Of a stretch of DNA of 64,000 nucleotides, positions 13,792 to 26,077 are shown piece after piece (the stretch's first letter is position 1; every line of letters starts with the position of its first letter). Under the pieces are notes generated by a model. The model had not been told where the DNA came from, did no database searches, and was given only the letters and a program-made list of their open reading frames with translations. Where the stretch lies: NCBI GenBank assembly GCA_036867785.1, contig CP145419.1, forward strand, positions 62,001 to 126,000, in the 5' to 3' direction. This stretch comes from Plasmodiophora brassicae (lineage: Eukaryota). The position numbers were made by a program, and so were the translations under genes.

Positions 13792-14682
13792 GACGCGGGA
13801 GCCCTCGCCACGTCGAATCAACAACTGCCGCGCGCCGTGATCCGCACAGACCGCCTTCGAGATTTTGGCCCTGGACTGCCGGCTGCCGACGGGAAGGTCG
13901 GGACCGGTTTGGCAGACTCCTCCTGCAGCACGTGTCTATATTGCCACCCTGTACACACTTCTGTTGCTACCAAACGGCGCTCGACCATGCGCGTCGATTC
14001 AGTTGATCGTTTGCATAGCGGCGAATGGCCGTGACGAATATGGCGTCGTGCCAGGCCCTTTACTGGCGCATACAGGGATACCGGATCCTCCTGCGATGGG
14101 CAAACGTTCTTCGGGATCGGCGTTGCCGAACGCACGTGGTTCGAACCGTGGCTAAATGCTTTGCGTGCGCCCGTGGTAATCACCTCTTGCCAAGTCGGCG
14201 CCGCCACTGAACTATGTACGTCGGGCGCTGAACGACCGCAGGTAACGACCTTCAGTAGGAGCCGCATGGAGGTGCAGTACTGGGCCGCGTGTGAATGCTG
14301 ACAGCCCACCCAGTCAGATACTCCTGATCTAGGGCGGATGCCCTGCTCCGGTTCCAGTGAATGGCTGCACCTGCTGCGCGCAGCTGCTCACCATGCGCGT
14401 CATAACGAGTAAACGTTCTCACACGCAACGATGATCACGATCGCCCCGTCAACTAGCTGCCAACGAGCTGAACGTTCAGGGCTCTGGAGACACTTTACGT
14501 GAGAGCGTCCCGTGACAGGCGTCTGGGGTCGGCGATGCATCCGGTACGGTGCTGCAGAGTAGCCAAAGGGTGCGCTGGTGCTGCTGTGCAGTGACAGGAC
14601 GGGCTACGAGCTTTAGGGAATGGCCCAGTGCACCGGCGTTCCTTTATGCGGAGGCATACAAAGAATACGACCCGTGCCTGCA

Positions 14683-16164
14683 CTAGGCTTTGGCATCCTG
14701 CAGGATCTTGAAAAAGAATTCAGACTGTGAGCAGGGATGACGTTAGCACGCAGGGCAAGCGCCGAGGCATTACGAAACGAAGGCGTACCTCGAGCGTACC
14801 GTCCTCGTGGATATCGGTAGCGTGCAGGCCATTGTTGATGCGGTCGGTGCCGAACACGGCACGAAGCGTGTTCGGGCGTACGTGTTTCGCTGCATACGCG
14901 CAGCGTCAGTACCTGGAATTGCCTTGCAACGCGGTCCCGCTCAGCCGGGCCGTACCGATTTCCGGGTCATGCGGGCCGGTCACCTCCCGGAACCGCTCGA
15001 CGACGTCGGGCCCGCCATGGATCTGGATCGCGATCGATGCACCCGACGTGAAGTTCTCCACCAATGACTAGCAGCGACGATAGGGATCGTCAGATGGGGC
15101 CCATTGCCGTCAACGTCTCGTCTACGACTAACGCTGTACTGTGGAATGACGGTCTTGTAGACCTCCAGGAACTCCTCCTGTTGCGAAGTCAGGCCATGAC
15201 CTAGCAACATGCACGGCAACGTACGGCAGCGGGTCGGTCCAGGTAGAAGAGTTCGGCGGCTGTGATTTCGAACCCACGCTCGGCGATCGCCGAGATAATC
15301 TTCCCGGCCAGCCCGTCACGAACCGCATGCGGCTTGATAACCGCCATCGTGCAATCGCTCATGACGGCGGTCGGCGGCAGACCGCGCTCGAAGAACGTCT
15401 TCATGAACTGTCGAGCATCGTCAGCGAGCCTGACGGCTGCACACACAGGGGCGTCGGATCCAGCAACCTGAGTGTAATTCGCGGGCGATTCCGCTGCGAT
15501 CAGGCTCATACGAAGCACGGGCGTCTTATCACACAGTGATTTCAACGTGGCCACAGCATCGGGTGCCACCAGTTCCAGCGCCGTCCCGATGCCATTGACA
15601 AGCGGGTCAGTGACAGCCCTGAAACGCAGTCGTCAGCGAGCGGGAACACCACATGTGGAATGCTGGCCTACTCTTGCTCCCCCTCGGGTTGGATGGACTT
15701 GATAAGCGAATCGGTGAGGCGTACGGTGAGCAGGCGAGACAGGGAGAACCCGTTCTGGATGAGGCTGTCGATGACCGGGCCCAGGCTGGCCTGCGCGCTC
15801 GGTTTGATCAGGCAGGCCGTCCTGGCCAGGCGCTGCCGGAGCTGGCCGGCCGTGAACGGGTCGGCAAAGCCGACCACTTTGATCTGCCGCGAGTACACGC
15901 AGACGCAGGCACCGATGAACAGGCTGTCCAGCTTCACTGAGGGGTACTCGACGCGCTTCAGGAAAGTTCGCCGGTTCTTTATGTCGTACTGTGGACGTCG
16001 TCGGGAGCGGCGTTAGCATTGCCCAGAACGGGGTACGTTCGAGATGGTACCATTTCGATGGAGTTGGTGGCCGGCCAGAAGAACAGGTTGTACTTCTTCA
16101 GCAACGACGCCTGCGGGTCGAACCATTCGACGATAAACGCATAGCGAACGTCCTCCGTCGCCAT
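14683..16164 (-). CDS. NME7: Nucleoside diphosphate kinase 7 (DM10 plus two NDK domains), multi-exon
   Basis: N-terminal RYAFIVEWFDPQASLLKKYNLFFW (DM10), CTMAVIKPHAVRDGLAGKII, RPNTLRAVFG, GLHATDIHEDGTLE/SEFFFKIL. Confidence 0.92.
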
Positions 16165-16495
16165 TCCGCACACAGGGCGCACACACACACAACACGTGCT
16201 CGCACCCGTCGAACAAAGGGCTAGGTCCCAGTACAGATAGCACTGGTGGTACCGTCGTCGATCTGGATCGGTCACAGAGTCCCGCTCCACCTGCAACCAT
16301 GTCCCATTGGTCGATAACGATGGATCTCGCGAGCAACAGCCGAAGCAGGGCTCTGATGGGCGAAAAGCATGGCAGGTTGTTATACAAACAACACACAGCG
16401 TTTTTATTGTCTAGTGGCATTCGAGAACCAGACCTGTTTGGTTTCCTTGTCGGCCACACAATCGCGGACAAAGCAGATGAGCTGAAGCTATCGTA

Positions 16496-17368
16496 TCAGG
16501 CCCCCGGCTTTGACGTCCCAATGGCATCGATGCCAGACGCATGATACAGCAGCTCGACAACCCACATCTCTCCTCGACGAGTCGCCAATTGCAGCAAGTT
16601 CCAGAGCTTCTCGAGTCCTACATCGTTTCTGATGGGGGATACGCGGTCGCCGTGCACGATGTTAAATATCATGAATCTGCTGCACGATCGCCTGCAACTG
16701 TTCATCTGACTGACCCCAGCTGCCGAAGGCGGATCATGCCAGGGGCGTTGTCCACGATGAACCGCAGCGCGTCCTTGGGCATGTGTTGGCGCATGGTAGT
16801 GAAGTCGCACCAGAAGCGATTCGTGAACCGCGACAGCCTTCATCAAAGGATGCATGCCGAAGTTGTACGCGAGTGTCACCAGGCGGTACTGCACCTCGAT
16901 ACCCGTTGCTTTGAGGTTGTCCTCAACCCTGGCGGCGGCGGCGTCGACCTGTCACGAACCAATCAGAGTGTGCAGTGAGTGCCGGGCATGTCTGTGCAGA
17001 CGTACGTCATTCAGTGCGACCGTGTCGATGAACTCGACGATCGGTTTCAGCTCAGCACTGGGCATGTTCGGCAGGAGGATGGCGCCACGACTTTTGACGA
17101 TCGTTCCTTTAAGCAGTTCGGAATGGGCGACCGCCGCCCAGGTCTTGACGACAAGGGACGCGTCGAGGCAGCGGATCGTGACGGCATCAACGAGAGCCAC
17201 TTGCTCGAGCGCGGCGGTCACCGGGTCCACGACACGGGCCCGCGTCGAACGCAAAGGCCAACAGGCATTCTCGTAACGACAACCGGCAGGTGCGAAGGAG
17301 CGGCTTGTGATATTCAGAATGACCCCTGCCTGCTGGCGAGACAATGCCGCCAGCGGTGCTTCGCCCAT
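16496..17368 (-). CDS. Hypothetical protein, possible SKP1/BTB-like fold; spliced, boundaries uncertain
   Basis: VTIRCLD...AAVAHSELLKG...ILLPNMPSAELKPIVEFID followed by LVTLAYNFGMHPL resembles the SKP1/BTB pattern. Two ORFs are separated by an intron-like segment. Confidence 0.4.
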
Positions 17369-17640
17369 CGCCGGGCCCCTCAATTACTTAAGTAGACTGC
17401 TGTCCTACCTATGCCGCGGGAGAAAGGGTCCCGGGTGACCGGATCTGTCTGGGCAGTATAGTTGGCCCACAGGTCCAGTGCGAACACTCGACACTCCGGC
17501 AGGGGACATGTTTCCCAACCAGGACCCGGAAGCGGATAGCCCCTGCGCGATCAAACGATCCCCTGTTGTGGAGGCACTGCATGACGCAGGTGGTTCTATT
17601 GTGATGTGTTGGACAATGATGTTCCGCCCCACGTGGCGTC

Positions 17641-18607
17641 TCAAAACTTGAAGACGTGGTCGGACGTGTACCCGAGCTGGGCCAGAATGCCCGTCAGAGG
17701 CCCTTGCGACTTGTCCGGGTTCTTATCGCCCGAGATCGCCTTCATCATGGGTGGCGGCCCTACGAGCACGCCCCTGAATTCAGCCACAAAGACCCCCATG
17801 AATACTGGAAAGCTGATGCAATTCGTACCGCAAACAAAGATGGACATGTCGGGGGCGGGAGCGGGCAGGAGACTTTTCAGAAGGTCGGCGGTGACGTACC
17901 CTTTCGAGGCCTTGACTTTGGACAAGCCCTCGGTCTTCTCGAGGACGTAACGGATCTCGAGACGGCCCGGCGCGGAGCGCGCAAATCCCTCAAGGCGCTC
18001 CCGAAGGAGAATGTCACCCTCGGTGACGTTCGCAAAGATCAGGAGGAACTTGGTCGTGTCGTTGGGGTGGTTCAACGACTCCTCGATCACCTGCAGCATC
18101 GGCGTGATCCCGGTGCCGCCCGCAATCATCGCAATGCACTTCTTCTTCTTCGGCACGTACTCGACCTTCTTGAACGGGCCCTGCACAAACGAGAAATGCG
18201 CTCAGACCTGCAACCGATGAAGGCGCCCGGCGAGATCAACAACCTGGAACTCGAGCGTCTGTCCGGGCTTGAGCGTGGCGAAGTGGGCGCTAAGCTTGCC
18301 GGCCGGGTACGACTTGATCATGAGGTCGAAGTGCCCCTTGACACGGTTCGACGTGATGGGCGTGTACGGGCGGGTCACCAACTCATCGCCGATTTTTCCC
18401 CTAGAGCGATGCCAGTGATATGTATGGGTACCGCGCCCTACACATGGTATGGCCTGCCTACCGAACGAGAACGCAGCTGGCGACGGGCAGGCCCAGGCTG
18501 ACCTGGTCGGGGAGTTTGAACCGGTAGATCTTCGTGTTGTGATTGACCGGGACGATCTCGGCCAGCGAGAACGGCGTGAACTCGGACGGGGTTAGGACGC
18601 TGGTCAT
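17641..18607 (-). CDS. NADH-cytochrome b5 reductase, multi-exon
   Basis: HNTKIYRFKLP, LGLPVASC, RPYTP (FAD-binding), LMIKSYPAGKLS, MIAGGTGITPMLQ, CG/PPPMM, GILAQLGY. Confidence 0.93.
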
Positions 18608-18889
18608 GCTGGCCGATATGATGTGGACCAGTCGCCGACGAACGCCTTGCGCAACGGCCGTGGCTGCGACAGAGAGAGTGGACAGAGCGCAACGCGGCGG
18701 GGGCCAACCTGTCGCTCCGCGACGCCGCTGGACCAAAATGGCAAATCCATCAGGCGCAACCCCGGCGGCCGGACGGATCGGCAATACACGAGGCCATGTG
18801 CCTTGTTGCAGTGATGGGTTTACTGAGGCCTTACTTACTGGGCACGTCGTGTGCCGTTGCATCTGACGCCGTTACAGGGCACTGGCGCA

Positions 18890-19927
18890 CTAGACCATGG
18901 AGGAGCTGGGCGGCAGGAATGGTATTCGCGTGAATTCCGCTGCGGCATACTCCCGCCGGTCGCTGTCACTCAACAGGGCGTCGTCGCTGAACACGCGGGC
19001 AGCGGGTGCGGGGGCCGGCGTCGACGATGTTGCTTGCCCAAACACAGACGTTGCAGGTGTGGTCACCTGGCCAAAGGGCGCAGCAGCAGGCGTCGATGGA
19101 GCAGGTTGCTGGCGGGCAGGGAATGCTGACTGGGTTTGGAAGACCGAAGTTTGAGGCGGCGCAGGTGCTTGAGCGAAGGCCGACTGGACCATATTCCCTG
19201 TCGAGACAGGCGCAGAGGGCGTACCCGTCATAGGTGAGGCGAACGACGACGGAGGGGCTGCTTGTGCGAAAGGATTCGCAGGCGCCGAGAATGCGCTCGA
19301 CGTTGACTGGAACGTCGTCGTGGATAATGCAGCGAATGGATTACTGGTGGTGCCGGTAGTAGGGGCAGCGGGTACTGCTGTTTGGAAGGGAGATGGGGCC
19401 TGAAAAGCACCGGTGCTCATCGAGGAGGATTGTGCCAAGAATGGATTCGGCTGCGCAGGCGCTGGAGGACGCCCGAACACGGTAGACGCAGAGCCGAACG
19501 CGCCGCCGCCGATGGACGACGGCTGCCCGAAGACGCCGGACGGTGCTTGCCCAAAGGCGCTGGTCGACTGCGCACCAAACGCACCGAGACCAGACGACTG
19601 CCCGAACTTGGCCTGAAATGGGTTCGACGATGCGCTGCCAAACCCGCCTGACGGATTGAACGGATTGCTGCTGGATGGGGCGGGACCGTGCTGGACACAG
19701 ACTGCGCATCAGGGAACGCAGAGGAGAACGAGGACGGCGCGATCCGTTACTTGAAAACGGCACGATGCTCCATTGCGGCAGTTACCCTGCTGGTAGAATT
19801 TGCAGGGTTGTGCCTCGTGCGAGAACTGGCAGTCGGCCTTGCGGCAGCCGCCAGGCGTGTTCACGAACTTGCATCGCGGTGGCGACGACGACGACCCGCT
19901 GACCACGCGCTTGTGAAACGCGTTCAT
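18890..19927 (-). CDS. CCCH zinc-finger FG-repeat nucleoporin, NUP42/NUPL2(CG1)-like
   Basis: N-terminal CCCH-type fingers (CKFVNTPGGCRKADCQFSH; CKFYQQGNCRNGASCRF), many FG/PF repeats, and a C-terminal F.RIPFLPP resembling the Gle1-binding tail. Confidence 0.75.
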
Positions 19928-20209
19928 CGAGGCGCGTTGGATCACGCTGGCGGGCCTGTCGGCATGAACGGCGCACGACAGGGATCAACCCTGACGCCGG
20001 TCACCGGGCAGCGGTGGGCACACGAGCAACCTGACGCGCAACGGCCAATGACGATGACGCCGGGTCCGCCCCGCACTCCGCGACTGCAGTGTGAGCCGGC
20101 AGGCTGCAGCCAACAGCTGTGAGACCTTCACAAGAGGGTTCGCTATATTATATCAATGTATAATATATATGCTAGTGGGGCTGAGAGGAAGCGCGCCAGC
20201 GGTGGAGCA

Positions 20210-21982
20210 TTATAACCACCTGTGAAGCACGGAGGCGAGGTCCGCCATGGTGAACGGCTTCGTCAGCATATCGTTCATACCAGCACTGAAGCACAGTTCG
20301 CGGTCACGGTGCATGGCGCTGGCCGTCATGGCGACAACCGGTACGTGCGGTCTGTCGGATCGGGATTCCATGTTGCGCAGCGCCATGGTGGCGCCACACC
20401 CGTCGAGCTCGGGCATCTGACAGTCCATCAGCACGAGGTCAACCGGACCAGACGCCTCGAACGTCGACACCGCTTCCTCCCCGTTGCATGCCTCGAGCAC
20501 GTTCCGATAGCCGAGCTTGGACAGCTGTCTGCTCACCAACCGCCGAATGATCGCGTTGTCGTCGACAACGAGTATGGCTTTCTCGGCGTTGAGTGATTTG
20601 TCTGCAGAAACCTCAGGAGCATCTGCTGCAATGGATTCCCCAGCTGGGTCAACGGCGTCGAAAGGTAAATCGACCCAGAAGACGGAACCCTGACCGACCA
20701 CGCTGTGGACACCAATCTGGCCGTTCATCAACTCGACCAAGTTCCGGACGATGTGCAGACCGAGGCCCGCGCCGCCGTACCTCCTCGTGTCCGATGAGTC
20801 CACCTGGAAGAAAGGATCGAAGAGGCCCTCCAGGTTCTCGTGGGCAATCCCGATCCCGCTATCGGCAATCTTGAATCGGACGCGGATGACCCTGTCTTCT
20901 GAATCGTCTCCTTTGATGCGGCTGACGGTCAAAGTGACACTTCCCGAGTCCGTGAACTTGATGGCGTTGTTGAGCAGGTTCGTCAAGATCTGTCGCAGGC
21001 GGTTCGGGTCGCCCCGCACCATCGGAGGCACATCGTCTTCGATATCGACATGAAGCGACAGCGACTTCAGCTTCGCCTGCCCTTGAAGCAGCCGCTCGCA
21101 TTTGCGGACCACTTTGCCAACCAGGAACGGCGTGTGCTCAAGGACGACCTTGCCGGCGTCCAGCCTCGTCATGTCAAGAAGGTCGTTGACCAGGGTGTGA
21201 AGAACGCGCGCCGAATCTCCAATCATATTCACCAGGTGGGCCTGGTCGTCCGAGAGGGGCGTCGCACTGAGCAGGTCGTTGAAGCCGACGATGCCAGTCA
21301 GCGGCGTGCGCAACTCGTGGCTGATCGTTGCGACGAACGTCGACTTGCTGTTGGATGCGTCGACGGCCTTGTCCCGCGCTTCAGTCAGGTCTCCATTCAT
21401 CTTCTCCAGCTCATGGGCTTGCTTCTGGACCTGTTCGGCGCGCTGTAGTACCTCCCACTCCATGCGGCGAAGCGTCTCCTCCTCTCGTTTGGCCGAAGGG
21501 TCACGATCGCGAGCGATGACCAACTCGGTGACGTCCTCGACACGAATGATAATATTGACGAGGTCGCCTGTGTTCGGATCCAGGACTGGGCCTATCAGGC
21601 TGCTCCAGTACTTCGTCTCGAACTCGCCATCTGCGTTCCTGACGTCGTACCTCTGGACGGCCTGGGCGTACGTCTTCCGGTGCTGCAGGACGTAGTCCAA
21701 CGAGGCTTCCATAGAATGGGCGCCATCGGCAGAAGGATCGCTGGGGTTCTGGGGATACACGTCGAAGACATAGCGTCCTGTGATGTCGTCTCTGCATTTC
21801 ATTGTCGCCTCCAGGTAGGAATCGCTCGCAGTGACGACGTGCAGGTTCGGATCCAGAACGAGGCATCGGGCCGGAATCACCTCGAACAGGAGACGGTAGT
21901 CGACCGTTGCCTGCTTGGCGGTTGCATTGCTGGCGCCTGGCAACTCGCGGCGTCGACCATGGCGACGTTTCCAGAAAGGCAT
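20210..21982 (-). CDS. Hybrid sensor histidine kinase HK1 (PAS-HisKA-HATPase_c-REC), intronless, ~590 aa from MPFWKRR
   Basis: PAS ending EDVTE; H box ATISHELRTP; N box TNLLNNAIKFT; G1 DSGIGI; F box FFQVD; G2 GGAGLGL; receiver VVDDN...LMDCQMP...AMTAS...KPF. Confidence 0.95.
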   Translation of the reverse strand: MPFWKRRHGRRRELPGASNATAKQATVDYRLLFEVIPARCLVLDPNLHVVTASDSYLEATMKCRDDITGRYVFDVYPQNPSDPSADGAHSMEASLDYVLQHRKTYAQAVQRYDVRNADGEFETKYWSSLIGPVLDPNTGDLVNIIIRVEDVTELVIARDRDPSAKREEETLRRMEWEVLQRAEQVQKQAHELEKMNGDLTEARDKAVDASNSKSTFVATISHELRTPLTGIVGFNDLLSATPLSDDQAHLVNMIGDSARVLHTLVNDLLDMTRLDAGKVVLEHTPFLVGKVVRKCERLLQGQAKLKSLSLHVDIEDDVPPMVRGDPNRLRQILTNLLNNAIKFTDSGSVTLTVSRIKGDDSEDRVIRVRFKIADSGIGIAHENLEGLFDPFFQVDSSDTRRYGGAGLGLHIVRNLVELMNGQIGVHSVVGQGSVFWVDLPFDAVDPAGESIAADAPEVSADKSLNAEKAILVVDDNAIIRRLVSRQLSKLGYRNVLEACNGEEAVSTFEASGPVDLVLMDCQMPELDGCGATMALRNMESRSDRPHVPVVAMTASAMHRDRELCFSAGMNDMLTKPFTMADLASVLHRWL

Positions 21983-22404
21983 GAGCGCGGCACCCGGCCC
22001 GGTAGTTTTGCAATAGACGATGCGGTCGGGGTCTGCATGTATGCCCCCCGGCGGCATCTGCGATGCAACGACGCGCCACAAAACGGGGCTACGGACGGGC
22101 GCAGATTGCAGATCCGTAGGTACGGACCGAAACGTCGCGGCTCCGCGAGAAACTTCCCCGCGGCGCGCGCTGCTGCGTGTCGTGTTCGCGCCATCTCGGA
22201 TCGGATGCCGCATGATGGCCCGGATCGGCGATCGGGTAGCTGCCTCGTGCAGGATGTGCAAAAACCCCGCCGGTCGAAATTTATTTGCGCCTGCCCGCCG
22301 CTCGCCGAGCAACGATAAGGCGCCGGGCCTGACGCAAACATGCTGCCCTTCGGTGCCGACTATTGCTGCATGCAGTCGCTCTCCACATGGGGAGGGTCAG
22401 CAGC

Positions 22405-22830
22405 TGGCGACGAACGTTGGCCTACTGTCGGATGCCAAATGGCAATGTCTTGCGCCTCAGCCAGTCCTCCATCCATCCTTACGGCGCGCTGCGGTACCTC
22501 CACTCCATGCGGCGAAGCGTCGCCTCCTCTCGTTCGGAAGTGGGGCCCCGATTTCGTGCAAGGACCAGCTCGTCGACGTCCTCGACACGAATGATCCCCT
22601 GTGTTCGGATCCCGGACTGGACCCATCATCAGGTTGCGCTAGTAGCTTCGCACAAACGTTCCGTCAGCGTTCCCGACGTCGTACTTCTGGACGGCCTGCG
22701 CATGTGTCCCGCGATGTTGCAGAGCGAACTTTAGCGATGCTTGCAGAATACTGGCACCATCAACAGATGGGTCGTCGGGGTTGTCGGGGAACACTGGTGG
22801 CGGTCCACGCGGGCTGTGGCGGCAATCATC
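22405..22830 (-). pseudogene. Decayed HK relic A (PAS, linker and start of HisKA)
   Basis: Translates to FPDNPDDPSVDGASILQASLKFALQHRGTHAQAVQKYDVGNADGTF then a stop. Frameshifted homology continues to RRMEW-coding and SKSTFVA-coding DNA. Confidence 0.8.
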
Positions 22831-23158
22831 TGGTGCCGGGTCGGCCATCTGGCAGCCTCAGGCGCCGCCGAAACATCCGAAGGGCCTGTTCGAATGCCTA
22901 TAAGGTTTCTCACCATCCGTCCGATACACCACCCATGCGATTAAACGTCCCAGCTGGAGAACCCAGAGCGTCTGCCGTGCTGCTGGTACGTCACGACGTG
23001 TGCATGTGGCAACTGCCCACATAGGAAGGCAGCGCAGGTCGTGCCAGTCGGTGCGACATGATGGGAAGAACGTCGGCCTGGGAACCGCCCGACGATGCTG
23101 ACGTTGTATGTCCCATGCAAGTTTATTAGGTAGCAGGAACTGAAGCTGAACAAGCGCA

Positions 23159-23240
23159 GAGCCATTTATGGAGAATGGAAGAGAGATCGGCCAGTGTGAA
23201 CGGCTTTGTCTGTACATCGTTCATGCCGGCTCGGCATAGA
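23159..23240 (-). pseudogene. Decayed HK relic B (receiver-domain C-terminus only)
   Basis: Minus strand reads LCRAGMNDVQTKPFTLADLSSILHKWL, matching the end of the intact kinases. Confidence 0.75.
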
Positions 23241-23646
23241 GTGCCTGGTCATGCCAATGCACAGAGGCGGCAGGTCCGGACGCAATCCGGCTCGGGTGAG
23301 ATCAGGTGTTGGCGCGAGAGGCCGACCCGGACCGGGACACGGTACACGGCGGGAACCCGAATCAGCCTGCGGACGCACATGTCGTCGTCGTGCGTGAAGC
23401 AACCGCGATCCCATGGATCGGCAGCGCGCCCAGCTGGTCGCCACAGTTGGCCTGCCCCAGGAAATACTGCCATGGAAGCGAGCCGATGGGGACAGCTCAG
23501 CAACGTCGGCGCCGTGCTCCGAGAGCAGTTCAGAGACACCAGGGCAGGCCGACAGCTTTGTCATGAGGATCGCCCACGCGTAATTGTCTCCTCTTGAGCC
23601 GGTACGATGCATTGGTTCATTACCGATGTACGTAGGCATATTATCA

Positions 23647-25500
23647 CTAAGAACGACTGTAGCTTTGAGCGTTTGCGCGAGAGGTACAGGACCGGCGTAG
23701 CCATCTCTGAAGCATGGACGCGAGGTCGGCCACGGTGAACGGTTTCGCCAGCAGGTCGTTCATGCCAGCACGCAGGCAAATCTCGCGATCACGATGCATG
23801 GCGCTGGCCGTCATGGCGATAATGGGAACAGGCGGGTTGCTAGATCGGGATTCGATGTCGCGCACGGCGATGGTGGCGCCACATCCATCGAGTTCCGGCA
23901 TCTGGCAGTCCATCAGGATGAGGTCCACCGGCCCCGACGCTGCGACTATCGATACCGCTTCCTTTCCATTGCACGCCTCGAGCACGTTCCGATAGCCCAG
24001 CGTGGACAGCTGCCTGCACACCAGCCGCCGAATAATCAGGTTGTCGTCAACGACGAGTATGGCTGTCGTAGCCCGCTGCGTCTTATCCGCACAATGCGAG
24101 ATGGGTTCGGGAACACCCGCTTCCAGGGTCCCTCCAACGTGCCTGACGATGCCGAACGGGATCTCGACCCAGAAGACGGAACCCTGATCGATGACGCTCT
24201 GGACGCCGATCTGTCCATCCATCATCTCGACCAGGGTTTTGACGATGTGCAGGCCGAGGCCCGTGCCGCCGTACCTCCTCGTATCCGACGAGTCCACCTG
24301 GAAGAACGGTGTAAATAGGCCCGCCAGGTCTTGCTGGTCGATCCCGATCCCGCTATCAGCGACTTGGAACTTGATTCGGACGGTCTGGTCACCTGCATCT
24401 TGGCCTTTCACGCGGCTGACGTTCAAGGTGACACCGCCGGCATCGGTGAACTTGATGGCGTTGTTCAGCAGGTTCGTCAGTACCTGCCGTAGGCGATTCG
24501 AGTCGCCCCGCACCAGCACCGGCACGTCGTCATCGATCACGACACGGAACGGTAGGGATTTCAGCTGCGCCTGTCCTTGCAGTAGATGTTGACAATTGCT
24601 GACTATCTTGCGAATTAGGAACGGGGACTGCTCGAGGACGACCTTGCCGGCTTCCAGTTTCGACACGTCGAGAAGGTCGTTGACCAGAGTGTGGAGAACG
24701 CGTGCCGAATCACCGATCAGGTTGACGAGGTCGGTCTGATCGTCCGAGAGGGGCGTCGCACTCAGCAGGTCGGTGAAGCCGACGATGCCAGTCAGGGGTG
24801 TGCGCAACTCGTGGCTGATCGTCGCGACGAACGTCGATTTGCTGTTGGATGCCTCGACAGCCTTGTCCCGTGCTTCAGCCAGCTCAACATTTATCCTCTC
24901 AAGCTCATGTGCCTGGCGCTGGACCTGTTCGGCGCGTTGCAGCACCTCCCATTCCATGCGACGGACCGTCTCCTCGGCGCCGACCCGACGTTGCATTTCC
25001 TGTTCAAACGCAGTTTCATCGCGATCGCGAGCGACCATCAACTCAGTGACGTCCTCACAGCGAATGATGATGTTGATGAGGTCGCCTGTGCTCCGATCCA
25101 GGACGGGCCCAAACAGAGCGCTCCAGTACCTGGTTTCAAACACGCCATCTGCGTTCCTGATGTCGTACTTCTGGACAGCATGGGCGTGCGTCTTCCGATG
25201 CTGCAGGACGTAATTCAGCGATGCCTGCAGACTAAGGGCGCTGTTTGCCGATGGGTCGCTGGGGTTTTCCGGGAACACGTCGAAGATATTTCTCCCGATG
25301 ATGGCATCTCTGCTGGTCATCGTCGCTTCCAGGAAGGCATCGCTGACCGCCAAAATATGCAGGTTCAGGTCCAGGACGGCGCATCGGGCCGGGATCACCT
25401 CGAATAGGTGACGGAAGTCGATCGTTGCAGACCGGGCGGCTGCGTCGCTGGCAGTGGATGCACCCGTTCGCTGACGAGGGCGACGTTTCCAGAATGGCAT
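23647..25500 (-). CDS. Hybrid sensor histidine kinase HK2, intronless, ~617 aa
   Basis: Same motif set as HK1, all catalytic residues present; begins MPFWKRR; extended C-terminus. Confidence 0.95.
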   Translation of the reverse strand: MPFWKRRPRQRTGASTASDAAARSATIDFRHLFEVIPARCAVLDLNLHILAVSDAFLEATMTSRDAIIGRNIFDVFPENPSDPSANSALSLQASLNYVLQHRKTHAHAVQKYDIRNADGVFETRYWSALFGPVLDRSTGDLINIIIRCEDVTELMVARDRDETAFEQEMQRRVGAEETVRRMEWEVLQRAEQVQRQAHELERINVELAEARDKAVEASNSKSTFVATISHELRTPLTGIVGFTDLLSATPLSDDQTDLVNLIGDSARVLHTLVNDLLDVSKLEAGKVVLEQSPFLIRKIVSNCQHLLQGQAQLKSLPFRVVIDDDVPVLVRGDSNRLRQVLTNLLNNAIKFTDAGGVTLNVSRVKGQDAGDQTVRIKFQVADSGIGIDQQDLAGLFTPFFQVDSSDTRRYGGTGLGLHIVKTLVEMMDGQIGVQSVIDQGSVFWVEIPFGIVRHVGGTLEAGVPEPISHCADKTQRATTAILVVDDNLIIRRLVCRQLSTLGYRNVLEACNGKEAVSIVAASGPVDLILMDCQMPELDGCGATIAVRDIESRSSNPPVPIIAMTASAMHRDREICLRAGMNDLLAKPFTVADLASMLQRWLRRSCTSRANAQSYSRS

Positions 25501-26077
25501 GGCAGCGTAATTCGTTCTCCTGCTGACGAAGCGGCCTCTCGAACGGGACCCTCCAATGGACAAGTTGTGACAGACCGGGCGCTGTGGGAATCCGTTCCGG
25601 CGGAGAATCGTTTTGACCGCACAGTGCACACGCTGCTTGCTGCCCAGTGGGGCAGTGGCCAGTGCGGACGGCGACGATTTCTCCGCCCGCGCAATGCGGA
25701 CCTCGGGGTTCCTGTCCTGAATCCGGAAGGACGAAGGTCCACCGTCGCAGACGCAGCTGTGTGCTTACGGCTTGGCCCTCTTGGTACAACATTGGTCGTT
25801 GACTTACTTCAGTCTGTGTCCATAGAAACCGGCAAGACAAGACTAGGAAATCTGCAGGCCGGAATCCTGGATCGAACTGTGTCCCGTTGATAAGCGGAGC
25901 GGCTGACGAACAGGTCTCGGGGTACCCTGGGGATGCGCACATCGCCCCTCTATCATTTGGTACGGCGTGGTATCGTGTTCCTAGCATCGCCGGCAGCGTT
26001 TCCTTTATTGACACCTGCAGCAGAGTCTCGATGCCTTTTCGTACACTACCAGCGTACTGCCCGCTGTTAGAGGGCCA

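Noticed and set aside
13818-14683. Short ORFs between POLE and NME7
   Set aside because: No recognisable motifs or consistent splice model; treated as intergenic or UTR.
21983-22312. Longer N-termini of the HK ORFs given by the ORF track
   Set aside because: The extensions are poorly conserved among paralogues and several start at non-ATG codons; the shared MP(F/L)W(K/R)RR Met is the better start.
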